Positions 1 to 8,312 of a DNA stretch of 25,807 bases are shown here, piece after piece (the stretch's first letter is position 1; every line of letters begins with the position of its first letter). A model generated the notes under the pieces. The model was given only the letters and a program-made list of their open reading frames with translations. It was not told where the DNA came from and did no database searches. The translations under genes and the position numbers were made by a program. Origin of the DNA: a virus (lineage: Duplodnaviria > Caudoviricetes); the IMG/VR virus record IMGVR_UViG_3300008218_001408, positions 1 through 25,807 of that record; one strand, written 5' to 3'.

Positions 1-117
1 AGCCTTTGGCCCGCGCTTTATCCCACCGCCCACGGCTCGGCTCACGGCGACCGGAGCCTTAATTAATGCCTTCGGGCCACGCTTTAGACCAGCGCCCAAC
101 ACCCTGATTATATGCAT
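1..117 (-). CDS. Partial hypothetical protein (5' end; runs off the window), basic with a GxKRGPKA repeat
   Basis: Manual translation: MHIIRVLGAGLKRGPKALIKAPVAVSRAVGGGIKRGPKA... ATG at 117 lies just after the holin-like stop, with AAGGA upstream. Confidence 0.5.
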   Translation of the reverse strand, partial: MHIIRVLGAGLKRGPKALIKAPVAVSRAVGGGIKRGPKA

Positions 118-121
118 CAGC

Positions 122-298
122 TTAAGAGTCCTTCTCTACGTCGCTGGAAATAACATCTTTTGCGAGCGCTATGATTCCCGCCGCGCACACTCCAGCAATT
201 TCATTGCTGCGCATGACCCAGATGCTGAACCCAGCAATGAGGCCCAGCAAGCCTATGGCTACAAGAATCTGCGGGCGTAAGGGGGACATTTTTAGCAT
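122..298 (-). CDS. Putative holin-like small membrane protein, 58 aa
   Basis: Manual translation: MLKMSPLRPQILVAIGLLGLIAGFSIWVMRSNEIAGVCAAGIIALAKDVISSDVEKDS. It has two hydrophobic segments and a charged C-tail, GAGAGGA upstream, and sits after the tail fibre. Confidence 0.55.
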   Translation of the reverse strand: MLKMSPLRPQILVAIGLLGLIAGFSIWVMRSNEIAGVCAAGIIALAKDVISSDVEKDS

Positions 299-328
299 TT
301 AATGCCTATCCTCTCAGGCAATCGTAAT

Positions 329-520
329 TTAGCCCTCGTATTGATTACAGACGGCACAGCCAGGATGCAACGCCTTCAGCGCGGATACCATCGTCGCCTT
401 GGAAGCCGTCTTGTAGTCATCACCATAATGCGCTAACTGGTGGACGATATTGATGCCGTCCGCAGCCTTCGCCTTCAGCTCGTTGAGGTGGGCAATGAGG
501 TCAGAATCGCTTATCGGCAT
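329..520 (-). CDS. Hypothetical protein, 63 aa, with C-terminal HxxCxxC
   Basis: ORF overlaps the fibre stop and has GGAGGAG upstream of its ATG. Confidence 0.65.
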   Translation of the reverse strand: MPISDSDLIAHLNELKAKAADGINIVHQLAHYGDDYKTASKATMVSALKALHPGCAVCNQYEG

Positions 521-2628
521 AACTCCTCCACTTGGGCTTCAAGTTCTTGGATGCGACGGTGCATCTGAAGCATACCCGACCAGGTGTACCACTGGGCTTC
601 GATCGGGTTCATCCCGATCCAGGGAGACCCGTCGTTGTTGGTGCTGACTTCCATGATGCCTAGGTCTACCAAGTGCTGGACACCAGGTTCTCGCCCCGTG
701 AGCGGTTGTCCTCGTAGACTATCCATAAGCGGTGCGAGAGCGGGTACGTCCGGATGGTACGCGACAATACCACAGCACGAGAACGAGGCAGGGCCATGCC
801 GCCCGCACTCATCACACACGTAGTCAAACGTTCCAGTGGGGTGAGTCGTATTCCACGTCAGCACTGGCGTTGGGTCTGTAGTGATTCGGAACATATCTCT
901 GCCACCGAGGGTTGCATCAGACCCAAGAGCAAACCTGTTGCCGTTAGCGTTGTCCGCTCCCATTCCCCAGGTGATGCCGCCACTGATATCGAACCGGATG
1001 AATGGGTTACCCCCCGACGTGCCACCGGAGAACAGCTGGAGATAGGCATCCGAGGCAGAGGCATTGGCGGTATTGCTCAGGACGATGGAGCGTGATGCGC
1101 CGGAATTGGAGGCCGTCATGTTTAGCGAGTGGGCGGAAAAATCGTTGCCCGCGTTGCCAATGTTGGAGATAGTATTCGCGTTCATGTCCAGTGCTGCGGC
1201 TATTTGGAACCCGCCAGAGTCGGTCAGCACACCGTCCGTGATGACCGTAGCGCCGATGGTGAAGTCAGTGGTGGCGTCAATCGTGGTACCTACGATGCTA
1301 GAAGCGCTGGCCGCACCAATGGCGGTGCCGTCTATGTTGCCAGCATTAATGTCCACCGTATCTAGAGTCGCTGTCCCATCGACCCGCGCATCGGTCGCCA
1401 CAAAGAGGTTTTTTGCGACCCCCAGGCCACCATCGGTGTGTATGCTGCCCGTAGTGCCGCTGGTGCTATCGGTAGCGTCATCCACCGATAGTGCGCCAGG
1501 GAGAGTGATGGTAGTAGTACCAGTAGCCACTTTTAGCACGTCGGCATCGGCATCGTTCTTGATCGTGATATCGGACGTGCTTCCCTGCCCAGTAAGGATC
1601 AAGCCTTCAGCGGAGGTGTACCCCAACGCCGCGTTATCCCCAGCAGCCGTGTCGCCTGTGACATGAATGCCGCCACCTGTAATGTCGCCCGTGGTGGTGA
1701 TGTTGGACGCGCCGTTATCTATCGCACCAAAGCCAGAGGTGATGGAGCCGCTATTCAAAGCACCAACCGTGGTCAGGGAAGAGGTGACCACGCCTGTGCC
1801 GAGGGTGTTATTGGACAGCACGTTGGTGCCGTTGATTTGATACGTGTTCCCGGAAGCCAGGTTCAGCACCGAGGCGGTCATGGACATTTCGGTGGTGCCA
1901 TCAATCTCGAAGGCAAGGGTGGTGCCGCCCACCACGTCGATGTAAGCTGTGGTACCGTCGTGGTCTCCCAGCCGGAGGTAATCCGTAGCCGGGGAGGTGT
2001 TGGAATGGATGTAGGCGTTCGGGTGGGTCGTGGCTGCGATGTTCCAATCCGTGGCGATAGCGCCCAGGTCGGTGATATGCAACCCCTGGTTGCTATTGCC
2101 CACTGCCAGTACCAACGCGTGATTGTCAGCATCAGCGGTAGACCAGCGGAGTGCAGCGTCAGAGCTAGACCCTAGGTGTATATCCACCGTGTCGTTATGG
2201 ATAGTGTCAGCGGTGAAAGTCTGCGAGGCAGTCCAGCTTTGAGCAAAACCCAACACCGCCATAGTGTCATTCCCCGTCAGGAGGGGGAGGGTGATGGTGC
2301 GGTTGGCCGCTATGGCAGCCGCCACCCACTCGTAGGTGAAGGTGTTACCCTCGGCGTCCGGAGGGTTACGCTGCTTGAGCACCGACACCTCAAGCTCTTG
2401 CATCTGCTCAGAGGAGTCATAGTTATGGAACCGAACGCTGGAACCGGAGGTTATCCGGACATCGTAGCGGTTCTCATCGGCCTCTGAGAACGACCAGACA
2501 CCGGAGGCGTTGGTGTTGGTGGAGGCTTCCGCCGTGGTGGTAGTGTTCCGAGGGAATAGCTCCACCGTGGCACCGGCAATAGCGGTGCCAACGTTATCTC
2601 TTAGGATGCCAGCCCGTTCAATAGCCAT
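511..2628 (-). CDS. Tail fibre / receptor-binding protein, 705 aa, with putative C-terminal chaperone-like domain
   Basis: N-terminal prealbumin/Cna-B-like segment (IAGATVEL...TNASGVWSF...YDVRI), long G/T/S/D-rich beta-fibre body, C-terminal Cys cluster and terminal coiled coil (RRIQELEAQVEEL). Last gene of the tail cluster. Confidence 0.85.
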   Translation of the reverse strand: MAIERAGILRDNVGTAIAGATVELFPRNTTTTAEASTNTNASGVWSFSEADENRYDVRITSGSSVRFHNYDSSEQMQELEVSVLKQRNPPDAEGNTFTYEWVAAAIAANRTITLPLLTGNDTMAVLGFAQSWTASQTFTADTIHNDTVDIHLGSSSDAALRWSTADADNHALVLAVGNSNQGLHITDLGAIATDWNIAATTHPNAYIHSNTSPATDYLRLGDHDGTTAYIDVVGGTTLAFEIDGTTEMSMTASVLNLASGNTYQINGTNVLSNNTLGTGVVTSSLTTVGALNSGSITSGFGAIDNGASNITTTGDITGGGIHVTGDTAAGDNAALGYTSAEGLILTGQGSTSDITIKNDADADVLKVATGTTTITLPGALSVDDATDSTSGTTGSIHTDGGLGVAKNLFVATDARVDGTATLDTVDINAGNIDGTAIGAASASSIVGTTIDATTDFTIGATVITDGVLTDSGGFQIAAALDMNANTISNIGNAGNDFSAHSLNMTASNSGASRSIVLSNTANASASDAYLQLFSGGTSGGNPFIRFDISGGITWGMGADNANGNRFALGSDATLGGRDMFRITTDPTPVLTWNTTHPTGTFDYVCDECGRHGPASFSCCGIVAYHPDVPALAPLMDSLRGQPLTGREPGVQHLVDLGIMEVSTNNDGSPWIGMNPIEAQWYTWSGMLQMHRRIQELEAQVEELCR

Positions 2629-2631
2629 TCA

Positions 2632-4494
2632 TTACACCTGCGCCAAGGTAACCAGGACTTCTCCGGTTTCGTCCAGACCAGTTTCTTCCTGGCCCTGGAG
2701 AGTCACGTCTACGTAATATGTCCTCGCGGTGTCATCGCGGAAGGTGAAGTTCACCAAGGCGCTGGAAGCCACCGCCGTTCGCAAGTCCGCCCACATCTCG
2801 TTCGTGCTTTGCCCGGCATATTCGTCACTCAAGTCCAGCAACACACGCCAGGAATATTGCGGGGTGAGCTTTTTGCGGAACTCAAAATTGACGGCGATTA
2901 CGTCAGGGGAGAGGAGTGTATTAGTGCCGCGTGCTAACGCTACACGGGGCCGGATGGCCCGGAAGGCCGTGCCGGTGGGCGTGGTGGCATTGGGGAAGTC
3001 ATAGGTGGTGATTCCATCGGATGATATAGTGCCCAGGGTGGTGAAGCTCTCGGAAAAGTTGGTGGCGTAAGAGACCGCCACCGTCTCAGTGCTGGAGCTA
3101 TCGGCAACGTGCACGTTCATCCGGAGAGCCAGTCCGTTGGTCTCCTCCCCCGCCACCAGCCAGGGATAATCATGGGTGGCAGCGGAGCCGTAGTTGCGGT
3201 CATTGGTCTCATGGGGATTAACGATGTCCACCGGCAAGTCCATATATAGCACCCGCCGGTTGTGCCCCCACCACAGCCGGTAGCCACCATCCGCATTGGA
3301 GACATACGATGCCGTGATGGCTTCCGTATTCGCCGCCGATTCCCATAGCACCTGCCAGCCACGGGTATCCCATGCCAAGAGCGTGCTGATTCCCACGTCA
3401 GGGTCGATAACGTCGCCCGCCGTAATCGCGCCACTGCCCAGGAACACATCGAAGTCGTTAGCCGCCGCCGAGGTTGAATCCACCTTAGCTATCAGGTCGT
3501 TATGGGAACGTTCAAGACCGATAATCGTGCCTTTCCGCTCATCGGGGAGACCATCGTCTCGGTCAGGGCCATGTACGCTTATTGCCGCTGTGGGGCCAGG
3601 TTGATAACGATATATGCCGAGCCCTGCCGGATAATACGTGGCCCCTCTCCATCGTTTAATGCCACGTCCGGCGTCGTTATGAAACGGCAAATCTAGCTCG
3701 GTGAGTACAAACCGGGAGTTGGCAACGTCGTGAGCGTACAGGCCCTCCTTGGTGCCTGCGTAGAGGATATGCTCACCACCCGCATCTCGCTCTACGAACA
3801 GGTCAGTGACATAATCTGTAGGTAGCGGAAGAAGAGCATCGTTCACCTCCGTGCCGACAGTAAGGGAGAACCAGAGTTGTCCAGCCTGCGAAATGCCCCA
3901 AAGCCGGTTATCCCAGAAAGCCAGAAATCTCGTATCGGTGGTGTCGTCCGTCCAGGTGCTGCCGTCAGTGGAGTAGCTATAACCCCCGGTGTGTGCAACG
4001 AACAGATAGGTCGTGCCACCCAACGGCCCGGTCACCGAGTCGGTTGCCACAGCAGGCAGGGTGTGCCTGGAAGTCCAGGTGTCAGTGGCGATGGCGTACT
4101 GGCGGAGAGACGTGCCGAAGCTGGCATAGATGGAATCAGATAGGTCGCCAATAAAGCCCACCTCAAAGATGCCAGAGACACCAGAGGCAGCGGTGGTGGT
4201 AGCCAGAGGCGGCAAGGTCATGTGCCGCTTGTGCCGCAGATAAGCCGATGAGTACCAGGAGCGGTCTAGGTCACGGCCCTGCGCCGCGTCCAGGTCGGTT
4301 ATCCGGTCAACGCCGATGCCCCCGGTGTTGTCGCTCCACTGCACCACAGAGCGGCCCTGCTGCGACTCACCAGACACGTCCCCGGTGGTGAATTTGGGAG
4401 CGTAGCGGGGAATGACAATAGACTCCACCCGCCCCTTAATCGGGTAGCGGATGTCATTGATGATGACTTCTTGTGGTGCTTCTACTGTAGGCAT
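2632..4494 (-). CDS. Tail nozzle / head-closure beta-propeller protein (P22 gp10 / T7 gp12 role), 620 aa
   Basis: Repeated propeller-blade motifs (YSTDGSTW, LAFWDNRLW, LYAGTKEGLY, YYPAGLGIYRY). Size and position between adaptor and fibre fit. Confidence 0.7.
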   Translation of the reverse strand: MPTVEAPQEVIINDIRYPIKGRVESIVIPRYAPKFTTGDVSGESQQGRSVVQWSDNTGGIGVDRITDLDAAQGRDLDRSWYSSAYLRHKRHMTLPPLATTTAASGVSGIFEVGFIGDLSDSIYASFGTSLRQYAIATDTWTSRHTLPAVATDSVTGPLGGTTYLFVAHTGGYSYSTDGSTWTDDTTDTRFLAFWDNRLWGISQAGQLWFSLTVGTEVNDALLPLPTDYVTDLFVERDAGGEHILYAGTKEGLYAHDVANSRFVLTELDLPFHNDAGRGIKRWRGATYYPAGLGIYRYQPGPTAAISVHGPDRDDGLPDERKGTIIGLERSHNDLIAKVDSTSAAANDFDVFLGSGAITAGDVIDPDVGISTLLAWDTRGWQVLWESAANTEAITASYVSNADGGYRLWWGHNRRVLYMDLPVDIVNPHETNDRNYGSAATHDYPWLVAGEETNGLALRMNVHVADSSSTETVAVSYATNFSESFTTLGTISSDGITTYDFPNATTPTGTAFRAIRPRVALARGTNTLLSPDVIAVNFEFRKKLTPQYSWRVLLDLSDEYAGQSTNEMWADLRTAVASSALVNFTFRDDTARTYYVDVTLQGQEETGLDETGEVLVTLAQV

Positions 4495-4495
4495 A

Positions 4496-4771
4496 TTAGT
4501 CCAGCAGGATGGCAGCCCAGTCCACGCGGCCTACCCCCAAAAAATGAACGTAGAAGGTGCTCAAAGGCACGGAGCCTTCCTCGAAATTGAATGGGATGCT
4601 GGCGTCCTTGGTTAGCTCATACCCGTTGGTGCTAGACACGCCGCTATCCCCCACGATGACAGAATCGGGGTTCGTACTGCGGGCATGGAAAGAGATGGCT
4701 TTCACCCGCGATTCATCCCCTTCCGCTATCTGGCCGGAAGCGGTTGCGGAGTCGCTAACAAACCGGGTCAT
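4496..4771 (-). CDS. Small beta-rich virion-associated protein, 91 aa
   Basis: Motif ARSTNPDSVIVGDSGVSSTNGYEL resembles small phage structural beta-sandwich proteins. ATG immediately follows the upstream TAG. Confidence 0.65.
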   Translation of the reverse strand: MTRFVSDSATASGQIAEGDESRVKAISFHARSTNPDSVIVGDSGVSSTNGYELTKDASIPFNFEEGSVPLSTFYVHFLGVGRVDWAAILLD

Positions 4772-5449
4772 CTAAAGCGTCACCTCCTCCCATACCAGGG
4801 TGGAGGCAAAGAGCGCCACCGACGCCTTGGTAGCCGCTACCCAAACCATCGTGCCGGGATAAACAACGATGCTACCGTCAAAGTCATACACCGCCGGGAG
4901 AGTCTGATGGGCCGTTCCCGTATCCGCCTCCAGGTTCATCCCAGCGATAGTACGTATCCACTCCGCCGCCACCCCCGCCGTGACCGTTACCGTGCCTGTA
5001 TTGGAGGATTTCACCGCCGAACTGGCACCCTTCCCCTGCCCCGCCACACTGTTCACCAACCCCAGGTTACCATTCACCGGCACCGTCTCGGCGAACGCGG
5101 TAATCTGCGAACCCGTGGCAATCACAGAGCCAACACCATTGCGGGCCATCAACCCAATGGCCCCGAAGTCCGCCGTCCCGCTGGCCCGCGTCGTGGCGAA
5201 GCTCATAAGTACCGCCTTCACACCAGAGCCAATAGGATTCCAGAGAGGCATAGAGCCAGCCAGCGACGTGGCAGTATAGATAGGAATAGCAAGGCCCAGC
5301 GGAGTTGCGGACTGAGAGAAGACCCGGCCTTGCTCGTTCGCATGGTAATACTTCCCATGCAGCATATCTTGGAGCACTTGGCCTTCATCGCCAGCCCGCC
5401 CCTGAGACTCTCCGGTCTTCCCGCTTAGAAATGGTATCTGTAGCCTCAT
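4772..5449 (-). CDS. Putative structural protein, 225 aa
   Basis: Beta-rich (LWNPIGSG...DFDGSIVVYPG...WEE), GAGGA RBS, tightly packed in the tail cluster. Confidence 0.7.
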   Translation of the reverse strand: MRLQIPFLSGKTGESQGRAGDEGQVLQDMLHGKYYHANEQGRVFSQSATPLGLAIPIYTATSLAGSMPLWNPIGSGVKAVLMSFATTRASGTADFGAIGLMARNGVGSVIATGSQITAFAETVPVNGNLGLVNSVAGQGKGASSAVKSSNTGTVTVTAGVAAEWIRTIAGMNLEADTGTAHQTLPAVYDFDGSIVVYPGTMVWVAATKASVALFASTLVWEEVTL

Positions 5450-5452
5450 GCT

Positions 5453-5641
5453 TTATTCCTCACCAACCGATAAATCTTCGATGATTGCCGACTCTATAAC
5501 CCCTGCCCTCACCATCCCGTTGTGCGTGGAGAGCATGACCCGGAGTAGCTCCCTATTCTCCTCGATAAGCTCCAGACGCAAGGAGTCACGTATCTCTTCC
5601 AATACGGGCCGATTACTGGTCGTCGCCGAGCCAATCCGCAT
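5453..5641 (-). CDS. Hypothetical helical protein, 62 aa
   Basis: TAATG stop/start coupling with the adaptor gene and a coiled-coil-like LEEIRDSLRLEL segment. Confidence 0.65.
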   Translation of the reverse strand: MRIGSATTSNRPVLEEIRDSLRLELIEENRELLRVMLSTHNGMVRAGVIESAIIEDLSVGEE

Positions 5642-6903
5642 TACTCTGCCTTCCTCACGCCCACCAGCGGTGGGAACCTACCCCACGCCTGCCCCGCCCG
5701 CCGACCAAAGTACCCAGCAAGCCTACGAAGCTCGTCTGCGTCCGTCTGAGGGCCTCCAGAGGCCGATAGGAGGGCAAGCTCAGTGGCCCGGTCAATCACG
5801 TACTGGTCGTTTATCTCGCATGTCCCGGCATCCGTGGTCAGCAGTGCCGGGTCGTCACCACCCTGGAGGCGGATAAGGTTGCTACCGACCGTATCAACCC
5901 CACCCTTGGTGAGCACCACGTCTCGGTTCTCTTTGTCTATCCGCCAGAGGTGCCGGGGCAGTTCCAGCCAGGTCATCTTGTCGTTATTCACACCCCGGAA
6001 GTACCCCAGGATAACCGTGCAGGCACCTATGTCCGAGGTGTACCGGAAGCCGATGCTGATGATGGCCGTATCGCTCTCAGGGTTAGCCAATGCCACCCGC
6101 GCATGTGTCCATGTGTTCGCAGTGAGCGCCGGAACCGCCAGCGTCTCAAGAGGCGAAGCGCAGGCAGCCGTATCGTCCAGCAGGATGTCCAACTGGCCAG
6201 AGGTGGTAGCGACGGTGGATTTAATCCAGAACTCAAGGTGGGTATGCCCCGACATATCCAGTTCATCTATAACATCGGTGAGTAGGTCGTTCTCCGACGC
6301 ACTGGCGGCAACGGTTATAGAGAGCGCCTGAGAGCCGTGCTTGAAGTCCTCATCCTGGACTAGCTGGGTGAAGGGTGTATCGGGATCGGTGGTCTCGTCG
6401 AACTCCCGGTCACAGGGGTGCACCTCATCCCCCACGTAACCCGTCCGGTAGAAGACCCTTTTGACCATCGTAAAATCTGACGGCAGGGAATAACGGGCCT
6501 GGAACCTATCACCGTGGAGAGACAGGTCTTCGGTGGGGTCGTACACACGCCCGTAGGTCTCCATGATGGCCTGGTTAATGAAGTCATGGATGCGGGCTGG
6601 CGGGAACGGGGCTGCCCACTTCTCGTAGGTATCCCCGGAGGACGTAGAGTTAGAGAGAGCAGGCGCTAAGGTCAGGTCGGTTGCGGCCTGAGCGTAATCG
6701 TCAACGCGGGTAATTTGCCCATCGTTGTTGCCGGAGGTGGCAACTATCCACTCGCCGTTATGTTTGTCGTTGCCTCCCCTCAAAGTGTTATCAATCAGGG
6801 AAGTGGTATCGCCGCTAGAGGAGGCGGACGAGACGTATAGAGCGCGAGGTAAGTTGTAGCCCACGCTCACCCGTATCTGTTCTCTCGTTCGTCCTACTGG
6901 CAT
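5641..6903 (-). CDS. Putative head-tail adaptor with inserted carbohydrate-binding-like domain, 420 aa
   Basis: Adaptor-like helix IHDFINQAI followed by YSLPSDF, and a C-terminal YVIDRATELAL helix. A central jelly-roll-like segment reads LDMSGHTHLEFWIKS...LTANTWTHARVAL...IISIGF. Lies upstream of the nozzle. Confidence 0.6.
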   Translation of the reverse strand: MPVGRTREQIRVSVGYNLPRALYVSSASSSGDTTSLIDNTLRGGNDKHNGEWIVATSGNNDGQITRVDDYAQAATDLTLAPALSNSTSSGDTYEKWAAPFPPARIHDFINQAIMETYGRVYDPTEDLSLHGDRFQARYSLPSDFTMVKRVFYRTGYVGDEVHPCDREFDETTDPDTPFTQLVQDEDFKHGSQALSITVAASASENDLLTDVIDELDMSGHTHLEFWIKSTVATTSGQLDILLDDTAACASPLETLAVPALTANTWTHARVALANPESDTAIISIGFRYTSDIGACTVILGYFRGVNNDKMTWLELPRHLWRIDKENRDVVLTKGGVDTVGSNLIRLQGGDDPALLTTDAGTCEINDQYVIDRATELALLSASGGPQTDADELRRLAGYFGRRAGQAWGRFPPLVGVRKAE

Positions 6904-6909
6904 CTAGCA

Positions 6910-7128
6910 TTAGCCCCGGCCTGCGGCATGTTCCGCCGTCTCCTCCACCAACTTCTTGGCTTTCTTCGCCTTGCCGTTCCCCTGTGTATTGGCTAGCTCC
7001 TGCTCCTTCTCCCGAAGCATCCTGAGCATGGCGATGTTCTGCAATTGCGCTGCAAACAGCGGATTCTGCTGAATCAGCAGGGTGACGTCCTCCATCGTCA
7101 GGGAGACGTTAATTGGCGGCTGTGTCAC
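6910..7128 (-). CDS. Hypothetical coiled-coil protein, 72 aa
   Basis: GTG start with AAGAAGG upstream, overlapping the end of the previous gene. Confidence 0.65.
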   Translation of the reverse strand: MTQPPINVSLTMEDVTLLIQQNPLFAAQLQNIAMLRMLREKEQELANTQGNGKAKKAKKLVEETAEHAAGRG

Positions 7129-7867
7129 TGTGCACCTTCTTCTTGTGGATGGCTAACTTCTTCCCGGCTAGCATGGCCAGGCCCTTGTGGGAGAACTCCT
7201 CTCCACACTCCTCGCACTTCCGGGTGTAAACCGTGTCATCCTGGCGCTTCTTACCTGCTTTGCCCGCCGCCACACGATGGGCGTGGGCTGACTCAGCCTT
7301 AGTGGGCGCTATACCACCGTTCACGGCCATCAACATGATGTTCCGCTGGAACTCTCGGTCGTCCATCCTCTCTTGGTCAGCCCGCTCCTGTTCCATCCCA
7401 GCCCACTCATCCTTATGGCGGTGAGCCATATGGCGGTTAAGCTGGTGAGTAGAGGTGAGGTTGCCCTTCATGCACACTGGGTATCCCAGGTAATCCCAAC
7501 GCCCCCGCCGCAAGTCGTCCGGATGGAGGCGACACTTAATGCCACCGCGCCGAGGCTTCTTGTGGGGATTCAGCGTGGTGAAGAATGGCGTCCCGTTAGC
7601 CCTGAGCTTCTTTAGCTGCGTAGGGAGCATGTTCCGGTTGGTGATGGACTCCTCTCCAGTCTGGGTGTCCCACATCCGGACGTAGCCCGCCGAGGTGACG
7701 CTGGCCACCATCATCGGTGTCGGCATATCTTCTGTGCCTTCATGCACAATATCCTTCACCTTTAAGACGGCTGGGTCAGCCACCGCTTCAGCGGCCTGCA
7801 TCTGCGCCATGATGTCGGCGTACTCCGACTGAAGCTCTTCCTGGCTTTCTACTGGCACCTGGGTCAT
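7109..7867 (-). CDS. Hypothetical zinc-finger protein, 252 aa
   Basis: CRLH...CMK...RHMAHRH and a C-terminal CEEC-x16-HKKKVH; AGGAG RBS. Confidence 0.75.
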   Translation of the reverse strand: MTQVPVESQEELQSEYADIMAQMQAAEAVADPAVLKVKDIVHEGTEDMPTPMMVASVTSAGYVRMWDTQTGEESITNRNMLPTQLKKLRANGTPFFTTLNPHKKPRRGGIKCRLHPDDLRRGRWDYLGYPVCMKGNLTSTHQLNRHMAHRHKDEWAGMEQERADQERMDDREFQRNIMLMAVNGGIAPTKAESAHAHRVAAGKAGKKRQDDTVYTRKCEECGEEFSHKGLAMLAGKKLAIHKKKVHSDTAAN

Positions 7868-7868
7868 G

Positions 7869-8312
7869 TTAGCTCCTAGTCTTTATCAAGGCGGGGCCAA
7901 AGGTGGAGGAGAAAGCTATCTGCTTCTTCATCTCCTCCGCGTCGTCCATGTACGCGCCTATCAGGTCTGTTGGTTCATGTTCCGCAGCCCTGGGCGACTG
8001 CGCCCGGAGGCTGTCCGCTATATCCCGAAGCTCCGCTACCGTGTGGAGAATTTCTACCCGGCCCGCGCTATCTATAATGCCGCCGGGCACCCGGAAGGGG
8101 CTGGCGGTGAAGTTACCAGCAGGCCCCAGGTCACGCCAGTGCTCCACCAGATTATCCCCGCGCAGCACGTAGATAACCTGGTAGCGGTGAAAGCCCCTGG
8201 AATCCGGGCGGTTATGCGCAAGCTCCGTTAGACAGAACGCAGGTTCATCCCTCTGAAGGGTAAACGTCCCGTGTAGAAGACTGGCCTTTTGGCTAGGCAA
8301 GGGCTTTTTCAA
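7869..8312 (-). CDS. Hypothetical protein, 147 aa
   Basis: TTG start with GGAGAGG upstream, overlapping the fibre stop and filling the operon gap. Confidence 0.7.
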   Translation of the reverse strand: MKKPLPSQKASLLHGTFTLQRDEPAFCLTELAHNRPDSRGFHRYQVIYVLRGDNLVEHWRDLGPAGNFTASPFRVPGGIIDSAGRVEILHTVAELRDIADSLRAQSPRAAEHEPTDLIGAYMDDAEEMKKQIAFSSTFGPALIKTRS

